A DNA stretch of 64,000 nucleotides from Octopus sinensis (lineage: Eukaryota): assembly GCF_006345805.1 (NCBI RefSeq), contig NC_043021.1:25916001-25980000 (forward strand). The letters are read 5' to 3'. The position numbers and the translations under genes are program-made. Positions 25,720-37,545 of the stretch are shown here, piece after piece. Numbering within the stretch: position 1 is the stretch's first letter; every line of letters begins with the position of its first letter. Below the pieces are notes generated by a model that saw nothing but the letters and a program-made list of their open reading frames with translations, was not told where the DNA came from and searched no databases.

Positions 25720-26395
25720 CAGTTTATCAGCTGAGTCTATCGTCAATATTGTCATGCCTCCTTCCTTCAAACAGGAAGGAAGAGCTATTTTCATCATCCT
25801 TGTGGCTATGGCGAAAGAATGTATCTGGTGGACGCGTCTGAAAGGATTGGAGACAAACACTTTCCTCTCTGGTCAATCTCTCATCAACTTCTTCAAGTAC
25901 CACTTGAAAAGGAAAGTGAGAGAGGCAAGTTTTGTCAAGCGAATGTTTCAAAAAAAGATGGGTGAATGTAGCAAGGATGGCACTTATGAATGACGAAGCC
26001 ACCTTGAGCATAATCCTATGAACCCAGAAATTTAAAACAGAGGGTTACCCACTTGCAAACAAATGTGGTAACATGTAACAATATTGACCGAGGTTACCGT
26101 GGTCTTTTCCGTAGGCTTTTCTTCCCACGGATAAACCTTATCTGCTTCCCCCTTTACACCTTACATCATGACACTGTGATACATGATCCCTATTGATCGT
26201 TTATTTTTCTTTTGTTCCTTTTCTTTTTTTTTCTGCTTCTTTCCCTTTTACGATCTCTTTTGATCAAAAACCTACCCCACCTTTTTTTCTATTTTCCCCC
26301 AAAAGAAAAGCTCTACTTTGTAATCTGTCCCGCCTGTGTGCAGCCCTGTGTGGCTAATAAAGAAACATATCTGCCAATTTATTGTATCTCTAAAG
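25720..26395 (+). mobile_element. Tx1/L1-like LINE 3' end (ORF2 C-terminus plus 3'UTR)
   Basis: IFIILVAMAKECIWWTRLKGLETNTFLSGQSLINFFKYHLKRKV resembles Tx1/L1 ORF2 ends; pyrimidine-rich UTR ending AATAAAGAAAC. Confidence 0.6.
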
Positions 26396-26429
26396 CATGA
26401 AACTCTTAGTAGCTTTTTTTGTAAATTGT

Positions 26430-26700
26430 GTATATCAAATGGTTAGGGTATTGCACTCACAATCGCAAGACTATAGTTTCAATTCCTAGACAGGGCAGTG
26501 TATTGTGCTCTAGATTAAAACCCTTAATGTTACATTGCTCTGTGGTCACTTTGGCACCTGTTGCATGGTATATTGTGCACCTGTTCAGACAATGTCAATT
26601 TGATGGAGAGAGGGAGCTGATGCTCTGCCCATATCTTTGATCAGCGTAAAGGAAACCATTTGATGAACAGGTCGTCCGCTAAAGACTGAACACTCAGACA
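26430..26700 (+). mobile_element. SINE family C (tRNA-derived), older copy
   Basis: ggttagggtattgcactcacaatcgcaagactatagtttcaattcc; related to 27825, 51100 and 54590. Confidence 0.7.
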
Positions 26701-26749
26701 TCATCTTCAATAAGAGAGGCCATCATATAAATATATATATATATATATC

Positions 26750-27010
26750 ATCATCATCATCGTTTAATGTCCGTTTTCCGCGCTAGCATGGGTTGGATGG
26801 TTCAACCGGGGTCTGGGAAGCCAGAAGGCTGCACCAGGCTCCAGTCTTATCTGGCAATGTTTCTACAGCTGGATGCCCTTCCTAACGCCAACCAGTCCGC
26901 AAGTGTAGTGGGTGCTTTTTACGTGCCACCTGTACAGGTACCACAACTACTATTTCCATTGATATTTATTTTGATGTTCATGTACTTGACTCAACAGGTC
27001 TCCTCAAGCA
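26750..27010 (-). mobile_element. RTE LINE 3'UTR/tail fragment
   Basis: catcatcatcgtttaatgtccgttttccgcgctagcatgggttgg is the reverse complement of about 1200-1395. Confidence 0.85.
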
Positions 27011-27239
27011 CAGTGGATATATATATATATATATAAAGTATAAGGTATAAGTTGGAGGTGTTAAGCCCTCTAAGGGATAGAAGTATCCAGAGGCACTCGT
27101 GGTAATTACTTCAGTAAGTATGGTGCTTGGTATAAGGTGTGCAGCAGCAGGAAATTTAAAAAGGTAAACTGGAACATATATATATATATATAGAGAGAAA
27201 GACACACACACACACATATATATATAGAGAGAGAGAAAG

Positions 27240-27294
<55 letters not shown>

Positions 27295-27824
27295 TACATA
27301 TATATATATGATGTATGTATATATGCATATATTGACACAGACAAGCACACACAAATACATTCATACATAAACACATACACACACAGAGTCACACACACGT
27401 GTGCGTACTGAAGCAATACACCTTTCGTTGCTTACCTTTGACTTCAGTTCTCTGACCACCAATGTTCCAGCCAAATCCTTTTCTTGCACACTGTCTACCA
27501 AGGACTACAATATCCAATGCGCCACTTCCTTTTCATCGGAGGAGCACCTGGCTAGAGTTTACAGGTCACATGACCACATAATCTCCCCACACCACCCCTC
27601 GTAACGACTTATACCTCAAACATGTTACCAAGTCCCGTTAACTGCTGGGTGATAATGACATCGCAATAAATGTCATGGTTTTATTGCCTAAGTCTACCTA
27701 AGGTAATCAATCTGTTCAGAGCTCACCTCTCTACAGTACTTCAAATTACTGAATTAGGTTAAGTGGGTTGGTGGGAACTTTAGTACACCGGTCATATAAC
27801 CCCCTACCTTTTAATTCAATGCAT

Positions 27825-28110
27825 GTGTGTGTGCGTGTGGTCTAGTGGTTAGGGTGTTGCACTCATAATCGCAAGATCGTGGTTTCAATTCCCTGAACGG
27901 CAGTGCATTGTGTTCTTAAGCAAAACACTTCTCATTGCTCCAGTCCACTCAGCTGCAAATGGGCCACACCCTCTAAGGGACTGGTGTCACATTCAGGGGG
28001 AAATGTTGGCCTGTCCACCTAGACAGCAGTGGCGTGGCATCATTTGAAAGTTACAACAATGTGAGGAAGTGCATTGTGACCAGCAGGGTTTAACAACATC
28101 TGACAGTCTG
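27825..28110 (+). mobile_element. SINE family C
   Basis: gtggtctagtggttagggtgttgcactcataatcgcaagatcgtggtttcaattccc...gttcttaagcaaaacactt...ctccagtccactcagctg. Confidence 0.8.
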
Positions 28111-28299
28111 GTTGCTATTATGCAAAAGTGTCGTAAGTCCAAAATGTTGCTTTTTCAGAAAACGAAAAAATAGTTTTACCATTCCATAACGAAACCGTTG
28201 TCCTACATTTTGACAATCTTTGATATCTTGGCATCTGAAGCAGCTGGAGATACGATTGTTTGACCAAAAGAACCAGCTATTGTAAGCGAAAATAAATAT

Positions 28300-29905
28300 T
28301 CTTTTCTACTCTAAGCACAAGGCCTGAAATTTTTAGGGAGGGAGCCTGTCGATTAGATCGACCCCAGTATGTAACTGGTACTTAATTTTTAGGGAGGGAG
28401 CCTGTCGATTAGATTGACCCCAGTATGTAACTGGTACTTAATTTTTAGGGAGGGAGCCTGTCGATTAGATCGACCCAGTATGTAACTGGTACTTAATTTT
28501 TAGGGAGGGAGCCTGTCGATTAGATCGACCCCAGTATGTAACTGGTACTTAATTTTTAGGGAGGGAGCCTGTCGATTAGATTGACCCCAGTATGTAACTG
28601 GTACTTAATTTTTAGGGAGGGAGCCTGTCGATTAGATCGACCCCAGTATGTAACTGGTACTTATTTTTAGGGAGGGAGCCTGTCGATTAGATCGACCCCA
28701 GTATGTAACTGGTACTTAATTTTTAGGGAGGGAGCCTGTCGATTAGATTGACCCCAGTATGTAACTGGTACTTAATTTTTAGGGAGGGAGCCTGTCGATT
28801 AGATCGACCCCAGTATGTAACTGGTACTTAATTTTTAGGGAGGGAGCCTGTCGATTAGATTGACCCCAGTATGTAACTGGTACTTAATTTTTAGGGAGGG
28901 AGCCTGTCGATTAGATCGACCCCAGTATGTAACTGGTACTTAATTTTTAGGGAGGGAGCCTGTCGATTAGATTGACCCCAGTATGTAACTGGTACTTAAT
29001 TTTTAGGGAGGGAGCCTGTCGATTAGATTGACCCCAGTATGTAACTGGTACTTAATTTTTAGGGAGGGAGCCTGTCGATTAGATCGACCCCAGTATGTAA
29101 CTGGTACTTAATTTTTAGGGAGGGAGCCTGTCGATTAGATCGACCCAGTATGTAACTGGTACTTAATTTTTAGGGAGGGAGCCTGTCGATTAGATTGACC
29201 CCAGTATGTAACTGGTACTTAATTTTTAGGGAGGGAGCCTGTCGATTAGATTGACCCCAGTATGTAACTGGTACTTAATTTTTAGGGAGGGAGCCTGTCG
29301 ATTAGATCGACCCCAGTGCGTAACTGGTACTTAATTTTTAGGGAGGGGGCCTGTCGATTAGATCGACCCCAGTGCGTAACTGGTACTTAATTTTTAGGGA
29401 GGGGGCCTGTCGATTAGATCGAACCAGTATGTAACTGGTACTTAATTTTTAGGGAGGGGGCCTGTCGATTAGATCGACTCCAGTATGTAACTGGTACTTA
29501 ATTTTTAGGGAGGGAGCCTGTCGATTAGATCGACCCAGTATGTAACTGGTACTTAATTTTTAGGGAGGGAGCCTGTCGATTAGATCGACCCAGTATGTAA
29601 CTGGTACTTAATTTTTAGGGAGGGAGCCTGTCGATTAGATCGACCCAGTATGTAACTGGTACTTAATTTTTAGGGAGGGAGCCTGTCGATTAGATCGACC
29701 CAGTATGTAACTGGTACTTAATTTTTATGGAGGGAGCCTGTCGATTAGATCGACCCAGTATGTAACTGGTACTTAATTTATCGACCCCAAAAGGATGACA
29801 GGCAAAGTCGACCTCGGCGGAATTTGAACTCAGGACATAAAGGCAGACGCCATACTGCTGCGCATTTTGCCTGCTGTGCTAACGATTCTGCCAGCTTGCT
29901 GCCTT
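28300..29905 (-). mobile_element. SINE family B copy expanded by an internal tandem array
   Basis: Normal family B head at about 29790-29905 and 3' end at about 28300-28335 enclose the array. AAAATAAATATT at 28289-28300 and 29910-29921 is a possible TSD. Confidence 0.85.
28335..29779. repeat. Minisatellite, 26 copies of a 55-56-bp unit
   Basis: Unit AGGGAGGGAGCCTGTCGATTAGAT(C/T)GACCCCAGTATGTAACTGGTACTTAATTTTT; starts counted at 28335, 28391, 28447 ... 29727; no spacers. Confidence 0.97.
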
Positions 29906-30399
29906 AGCAAAAATAAATATTGAACAAAATGCATTTGTCCAAATTTTGGACATACAACAGTTTAACATAATAGTAACGATATATATAAACACGTTTGGGG
30001 GACACTACTTCTCCCTTTTTGATTCACTTTGCTCTAATTAAATATTCTAAATTACTTGAGATGCCCTTCCTGCTTTGTTTCCCTTTTCCTTTAATATATA
30101 TAAACACATATACAAACTCACATATATCATCATCATCATCATCATCATCATCAACATCGATATTCCGTGCTGGCTTCGGTTGGATGGTTTGACTAGGATC
30201 TGATGAGTCAAGGAACTACATCATGCTCCAGAGTTTGATTTGGAAAGGTTTCTACAATTGGACGCCAATCCCTAATGCCAACCACCTTAGAGTGGTGTAC
30301 TGGGCACTTTTCTCATACCATTGAGGTCACCATGTAGCTTGCAAGTCAACAATCCCTGGGCAAGAGGATGCTGTGTCTGTATGGGGTTTAGGGCATGGG

Positions 30400-31330
30400 G
30401 GAAGAGGTTGGGGGTAGAGCAGGTTTCATTAGAAGGGAGTTACATGGCTACTCACATCTCTGAGGAGGTAGGCCAAGGTGGATAAGGTGTCCAGGTGGAA
30501 CCTCAGGTAGCAGGTGGTGGTGGTGGTGGTGGGATAAATGGGAGCTTGCAAGAATGTAAGGAGGGAGGAGTGTTAGGGGACATGGGAGAGGGAGGAAGGC
30601 AACATCTGTAAAGATTAGGAAGGGCTGAGGGTAAAGGGACGAAAGGGTTGGAAAGGCTACAGGGATATGAGCAGTAAGGGAGTAAGGATACCATTGATTG
30701 GGGCGCAGGGAGAAGAGAAAGGACATGTTTGAGTAGGGTGCAGTGTGGAAGGAGAGATAATCAGGGGGTCTGGGGAAGGGGATGGCCACTGTAACATGTG
30801 GGTGTGGAGAGCAATATTAATGGATGAAGAATGGCTAACAAGGGAGAGGGTTCTGGACAGCAAAACTGAAAAATGGTATCAGGATGGGGGTGGGGAAAGA
30901 TTTTTGGTGGATGATAATATGGTGTGAGGGTTATATGAGGCGGGTTACATTGATTGAGATGCTCATATATATGCACCATGTGTTTATAGCAGTGCAGTTT
31001 CCTTTCTCGAACCACTGCATCTGCTCCCTCTAATACTCTGCCATCCAAGCACACTTACACAAACATTGCTCGTTTCATTCCTCTCCACTTTCCTCATGTC
31101 CTCTGCATTCGTGTATCAACACAAGCCTCACATAATCTGCTTTCCACTCTCTGGCCAAACACCTCCTTTGCCAGCAGCTCTGGCTAATTGCCTCAACTTT
31201 TCCCAGCCTCTTCTTACTCCAGCTGCTCTGCACTCAAAGCAGTTGCCTCCCTTGCTGACTACAATCGTTATAACCAGTCCTTATTCCACCAGAATGTTGT
31301 CCCTCTGGATTTCCTTCACAGCACGTCTTT
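30400..31330 (-). mobile_element. Old RTE LINE remnant
   Basis: Minus strand ...AAGVRRGWEKLRQLARAAGKG... and gaggacatgaggaaagtggagaggaatgaa resemble the RTE segment at 400-620. Confidence 0.6.
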
Positions 31331-31576
31331 CCAGTGGCTTTTAATATGCAGCCATACAAAAAAAAAATAATAAAAATAAGCAATAATTATATCAACCCTA
31401 TCGGTCTTGGAGGACCTGTAAAAGACTTGGGTACAATCCCTTATCTTAGACCACACCGATAAGAAAAAAATGCAGTATTTATTGTAGAACTTTAAACTTG
31501 TGACATTATGGCACAACATATCTAATTACTGGTACACCACAACTTGACTAATTAATGCTGTATCACAATATAACTT

Positions 31577-33139
31577 TTGGGTTGGCCAAAAAAGTACATT
31601 TGGCTTTTTTTAAGTGAAAATAAAGCAAAAGTTTTAAATACAAAGTGATTTATTTAATGATGTTCTTTTATTTTTTATTTGTTTCAGTCATTTGACTGTG
31701 GCCATGCTGGAGCACTGCTTTTACTCAAGCAAATCGACCCCAGGACTTATTCTTTGTAAGCCTAGTACTTATTCTATCGGTCTCTTTTGCTGAACCGCTA
31801 AGTTACGGGCAAGTAAATGTACCAGCATTATTTGTCAAACGATGTTGGATACACACACACACAAATATATATTTATATATATACGATGGGCTTCTTTCAG
31901 TTTCCATTTGCCAAATCCATTCACAAGGCTTTGGTTGGCCTGAGGCTGTAGTAGAAGGCACTTGACCAAGGTGCCATGCAGTGGGACTGAACCCAGGACC
32001 ATGTGGTTGGGAAGCAAGCTACTTACCACACAGCCACTCCTGTGCCATATAATTACCATTTCATTCCAGTATTTTCTGCCTTCTTGTGTTCAGATCCATT
32101 ATTCCCTGCTCAATATTCCCTGAATTTCCTAGCCTTACTGGTAAAAAGCTCTTCCAGGTAAATTTGTGCATCTCTTCAAAGTTGAAGATTTGTCCATTTA
32201 ATGAATTTTGAAGAGACCAAAACAAGTGAAAATCTGAAACAAGTGAGTATGGAGGGTGCAGCAAAACCACCCAGCCAAACCCCCAACAACTTCTGCTGCA
32301 TCTGCAAAGAAGTGTGCAGTCTGGCATTGTCGTGATGAAAGACAATGCCCTTATGATCATCAAGTGCTGGACGCTTCCGGTGGATCTTGCATTTCATTTG
32401 TCCAACTGGTCACAATATACATCCAACTTGAAGGTCTTGGAATAGTGTTAACATAAAAGACAAAACCATTCCAATTCCACCATATTGAAAGCAGAACCTT
32501 CAGGTAAATTCCTGCTTTGGAGCTTGTTTGTGGTGGTTAACTGTGCTTCGCCATCATCATCTGTGCTTCACATTATTATAGACAATCCATCCATTCCGAT
32601 CCCACCTGTCACCATTCTCTTCATAAAACGATCATTTTCTTTGTGTTTCTGCAATGAATTGCAGATGGAGATCCGTTGGGTGAAGTCAGCCGGATCCGAT
32701 TAGTGTGAGACCTAAACATTGAACCTGCTGATGAAAGTGGATTGCATCACAGCTTCATTTGGATATTTGGTGACTATCTGTGACCCTCTTTGGTCATATA
32801 ACAGGGGCTGACATCGTTGTTAATCTCAACTGGTCAGCCAGAGAGAGAGATGCATCTTGAACCAATCAAAATCTTAAAAACCACTTCTGGCACACAAGTT
32901 CCAGAACAGGGTCCTCTCTGGACACACTGAATATCTTCTGCTGCTTTCTGGTCTGTTTTAAAATGAAAAAAAGCTTCAGGTGTCAATCATGGTTGTTTTG
33001 GTTCTCCATTTACAGGGTGATCCCAAGCACCCAAAATACGTGTCTGGTCCCATGGGCAAGGGACAGACTGAAGTTAGCAACTTATTAGAGTGCTTAAAGT
33101 TTACTGTCAACAAAATCAGACTTTTTGGCCAATCCAATA
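31577..33139 (-). mobile_element. Mariner element with both TIRs, degenerate transposase, interrupted by a SINE
   Basis: Left ttgggttggccaaaaaagt and right actttttggccaatccaata are inverted. Coding remnants VCQKWFLRF, KGIVFHHDNARLHTSLQ and HPPYS..SDFHLFWSLQNSL. Confidence 0.88.
31670..32045 (-). mobile_element. SINE family A nested in mariner
   Basis: Full-length reverse complement of the family A consensus seen at 11698. Confidence 0.88.
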
Positions 33140-33651
33140 ATTAATGCTGGATCACAACATATCTAATTAATGCTGCGCAACAACCCAACTGATTAAGGTT
33201 GTACCATGTTTAATTATTATTCTTGCAGTTGTCATTTTCATAATAACTTGTAGACATTTCTTTTCTTTCAACAACGATGGAAACGATGTTGAGAGCAGCT
33301 GATGTCATCACCAGAAGAAGAAGAAGAATGAGAAAAGAAAAGAAAAACAATAAATAAAAGAAAAGGGGAAAATATAAATAACAAATTTACTGAAAAATTT
33401 ACATATGCAGCTTTTAGCTCTTACCCTTAATATATGTCTGTAGGATGCAATCAGAGAGGAAGAGAAGAAAAAAGAGAAGAAGCTGGAGGCAGAGGTTGGA
33501 AGTGGCATGAAAGCCATTGGCAGGGAGGAGGAGGGAAAAGGAGGGGAAGGTGGAGGGTTTGAGTTCAAATGGAGTCGGAGAAAGAAGAAGGAAGAGAAGA
33601 TTGAATTGAGAAAAAGTCTACCAAATCTAATTTCTGCTACAGTACACGCAC

Positions 33652-33944
33652 CCTGGGTATCATGTGCTTGGGTCGAGCACCACTGCTGCTGCTGCTGTCA
33701 CCGCTCAGTGAACCGTAGCCCGAACTTTCACTGGTGCAGTCGTCGGTAAAGTGAACGCGAGAGTCCTTAGATTTCCTCAGCGATGTCGATGAAGACGACA
33801 ACGAAGGAGGAGAAGAGGTGGAAGAAGTTGCAGAAGAGGAATTCTGTGCAAGAGTACCAAACAGTCGCGATCCGGATCCTGTTTCTGACCACAGACATGA
33901 ATCTGATTTTCCTAAAGCAGTCTTTTTCCCATGCACTGATTTCT
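33652..33944 (-). CDS. OTUD3: OTUD3 internal exon (293 nt, phase 1 to 0), Ser-rich region
   Basis: ttatttcag|AG AAA TCA GTG ... ATA CCC AGG|gtgcgt; (E)KSVHGKKTALGKSDSCLWSETGSGSRLFG...GARPKHMIPR. LW...GSGSRLFG matches the vertebrate OTUD3 LWEEGGSGARIFG motif. Confidence 0.8.
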
Positions 33945-34372
33945 CTGAAATAACAGAAGAACCGACAGAGATTAGTAAAACAACGGAGTCATTAGAATGG
34001 TAGGAGTTGAAAATAAAGAAAAGATAACATTAATACTTTGTTTTGTCTTCCCTTGCAAATCTATTTATATTTCAATCTGTTCAGTCAGAAGATCAACTGT
34101 TAAGCTGCTCACAGCAGTGAATTATGCCCCCTTGCCTTTGTCTACTTCACCACCAGGTGGACTGGGCAAAGGACAGTTATACATCTTGACAACAGATTTT
34201 ACAGCAGCACTTTTTAGTTGAATGTGAATTAACATCATCTTCATTAAAGGTTTGGTTACTGTAATGACCTGTGTCACAGGGAGGTTGGAAATATATTTAG
34301 GAAACATCTCACCAAAACTGTTTACAATTTCAAAATTTTAATTTCATATACACCATGGAAATGCTCCAACTC

Positions 34373-34434
<62 letters not shown>

Positions 34435-35043
34435 ATATATACTTATATATACATACATATTTATTCATATACATACATTATATATATGTATATATATATA
34501 ATACTATATTATATTACATTATATTATATTCTACGCTTGAGCTCCTGGACTCATGAAGCCAGTTACATGTTTTCCAAGGTGTATAATTGATCAAGATGGC
34601 AATATTGCCCCTCAATGGGATGCTGGTCTGCTGCCTGAGGTTCAAGTCTACCAATTTTGATGGGGAGGGGATTGAGTTGATCCCAGCGTTCGATTTGTAT
34701 TCTATTGATCCTAAAAGGATGACCTTGTTGGGATCTGGGCTCAGGATGGAAAGAGCCAAAAGAAACGAGTCATCTCCTCTGGATGTAAATTTTCACCACT
34801 TCATCCCACGTCTTCTTGGGTTTCCCTCTTCCACATCTTCCATCCACATCTAGCAAGCAGCACTTCTTTAAGCAGCTCTCGTCCTCCTCCTCCATATGTC
34901 ATTATCAGTTTCGCTGCCATTCAGTATCACAAACATACTAAAAGAAGGCAGCCGAGCACCTCTGACGTCCGTCCTTCAGTACTGAAGCCTAAACAACAAC
35001 AACAATGTTCGGTGGGGAAATAATAATAATACTTTGCATTAAC

Positions 35044-35143
35044 CTTCTTTCCGGGAAATATTCAACAATTGCAGGAGATCCGCAACGGTGGCATCCACAT
35101 TGTAGTCATTTTCTTCCAGATATTTCCGGATGACTTCTCGATC
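35044..35143 (-). CDS. OTUD3: OTUD3 internal exon (100 nt, phase 0 to 1), UBA/CUE-like domain
   Basis: cattgcag|GAT CGA ... GAA G|gttaat; DREVIRKYLEENDYNVDATVADLLQLLNISRKE, similar to the OTUD3 [21 protein letters not shown] segment. Confidence 0.88.
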
Positions 35144-37404
35144 CTGCAATGTAAGGAACAGGTTCCCAGCTCAGAGTCAACTTTACATCTCAGCAATGAA
35201 ACATATTGCACTTGCAATGAAATAATATCAAATCAGTAACGAAAAAATATTATATCAATACTATAAAAAAAAATGCTAACAATGTTTCCACAGCACTCAT
35301 ATCTCATTGGCTCAATGCACTTAGGAGTAGTAGTAGTAGCAGCAGCAGCAGTGGTGGGGGCCATGCACTATGAGAGTGCATCGCTGCATCCACCATTTGT
35401 TAGTGATTCTCAACTATTCCTTTGCACCAATCCGGTGACAACCCCCCTAAAAACCCAAACAACCAAAACAGCTGAATTCTCTCTCTCTCTCTCTCACACT
35501 CAGTTTCTTTCTTCCTGAAGAGTTCATCTTGACACCTCATCGCCAGCATTTTCCTCTCCTTCCAGCTTTATAGAATGTGGAATAGCCAGGTATCTCCTCC
35601 GTGACAAGCCACCCGTGCTTGCCTCTCTCTCTCTCTCTCTCTCATACTCCAGCCTCTCAACACCCAGCATAAAAACCACCCTTCCCCTCCCAAATACCCA
35701 CCACCACCACTCATTTAAGGGGGATTTTTCCTTTCCACGTGTTGCAAGTTCATTGACAACCTCACTGGCGCTGGTGGCATAGGAAAAGCTCTCAGCGCCA
35801 AGTGCCGAGTGGTTGGTATTAACATGGGCATCCTGATATAGACACAATACCACAACAGACTTTGCAGTTCAGCATAGTCCTGCCGTTCAATGGAATCTGG
35901 GAAACTGACTGATGCCACTTTAGAAAATGGATGTTAAATGATGAAGATGAAACTATTAAAGAACTGTGTCAGTCTACTTTCTTTGATTCTTCATCGTAAT
36001 CCTTCATTCCACTTATATTAGAAATGCCTCTGGAAATGATAGAGATAAACATCAAAGCATTTATTTCCCCAGTTCTTAAATATTTTTTTTTAACTTTAGA
36101 AACCATACTTAAAAGGTGTATTTTAAAATTGGACATATTTCTCAGTGGATAAACATACAGCACCTAAACTATTAAAGATAAGGTTGTTTGCACTGTGATG
36201 TTTGTTTAAGGCAGGTGTAAAAATATTTTATCCTTGTTATGGCCACTGTCTAGCTTCCGAAGGCAACTTATTGAAATCACATGCACAATACCAAGATAAT
36301 CACAAAATCAAATCTACTAATTATTACCATCATCAGTTTGGCATACATTTTCTCATGCTTGCATGGGTCAGACAGAACTCATTGAGGTATGTTTTCTATG
36401 GCCGGATGCCCTTCCTGTCACCTACCCTCAACTGCTTCCAAGCAAGGAAATATTTCTCTATGGCTGGACATCCATTCACAGAAGACTAGAATTGAGGGTC
36501 ACCACTTTTAGGACAGTGACATTCAGTTACAACTATTGTATGATTCAAAACATAGAGACACAAACAAACACACACACATGGTAGGCTTCTTTCAGTTTCC
36601 ATCCACCAAATCCACTCACAATGCTTTAGTCAGCCCAGGACAAGAGCAGAAATGAATTTGAACAAGATGCCATAGAGTAGGACTGAACTCAGAACCACAT
36701 GGTTGGGAAACAAACTTCTTAACCCCACAGCAATATCTCCAATAACAAATAACTCCAGTAAAACATTAGAAGCATTTTCAAATATGAAGATATTCTTTCG
36801 GTTTGCTTTCTTCTCAAGAGTAGCAAGTGTGTCTTAATGCCTGCAACATTTCTCAACAACAAAAGGTCGTTCTTTCCAAGGGCCAAAGGTCGTTCTGCAA
36901 GTAATTCCTGGTTCCTCAATGTGGAGTAGTTCTATATTTTTCAGTTTCGTAAACAAAGGGAATAAGATGATGGTAGGTGGTTAAGCAAGAAGCTCAACCA
37001 CAATCCCTGCAACATAGGGGTCGTCTTTTATTGATCAGGAACCTTGGAAGGGATTAATTAAACCATCTGACACCAAACCACTTCAGACTGTCCCCTGGTT
37101 CTATGATACAAACTTCATATTTCAAAGTAAAATTCCATGTTAATTTATGATTTATAATTACCAGCTTAATTAAGACAGTTATTTTACTAAAATTCTTCAT
37201 CATTTTAAAAACTGATTGAAATAAAAACAGTCTCCGTCAACAGGAATATGGTAAGAAAAGGGTTATCAGACACTGGTGGGAGTGTGGAATTGTCCAGCAG
37301 CACAAAAGCTTAGTCTTTTGTAAACAGATGTTGGCAACAAAGAAAAGATATAAACAAAAAAACAACAATATAAAATGAAAATTGAAAAATCATGAATTAT
37401 GAAC

Positions 37405-37545
37405 CTGGCAGCCAGTGGCTCCGATGATTTCCTGTTGGATAGATTTTAGGTCTCGTACGGCACGCACCACGCCAGACTTCTCATCTCGATAAATAGTTTT
37501 GGGGTTGATCTTATTTTTCAATTTACTTTTGTCATCACTGAATAT
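37405..37545 (-). CDS. OTUD3: OTUD3 internal exon (141 nt, phase 0 to 0)
   Basis: cttccag|ATA TTC AGT ... TGC CAG|gttcat; IFSDDKSKLKNKINPKTIYRDEKSGVVRAVRDLKSIQQEIIGATGCQ, ending in the conserved ATGC of the UBA-like domain. Confidence 0.85.

Noticed and set aside
27430-27560. Exon-like segment with a strong AAG|gtaagc donor
   Set aside because: The best frame has an internal TAG and no recognisable homology.
28335-29779. CRISPR array
   Set aside because: Units are contiguous near-identical repeats with no unique spacers, are SINE-derived, and lie in eukaryotic DNA with no cas genes.
34920-34990. Possible small OTUD3 exon after a 55-nt intron
   Set aside because: It hits a stop and borders an RTE remnant; the 35044 to 33944 junction is already in frame.
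35715-35918. ORF VASVSFPDSIERQDYAELQSLL, superficially like importin-beta or an extra OTUD3 exon
   Set aside because: The nucleotide sequence aligns with the decayed RTE 3'UTR family (ggatgccc...ccaaccact...tgccacc), and the 37405 and 35143 exons already join in frame.
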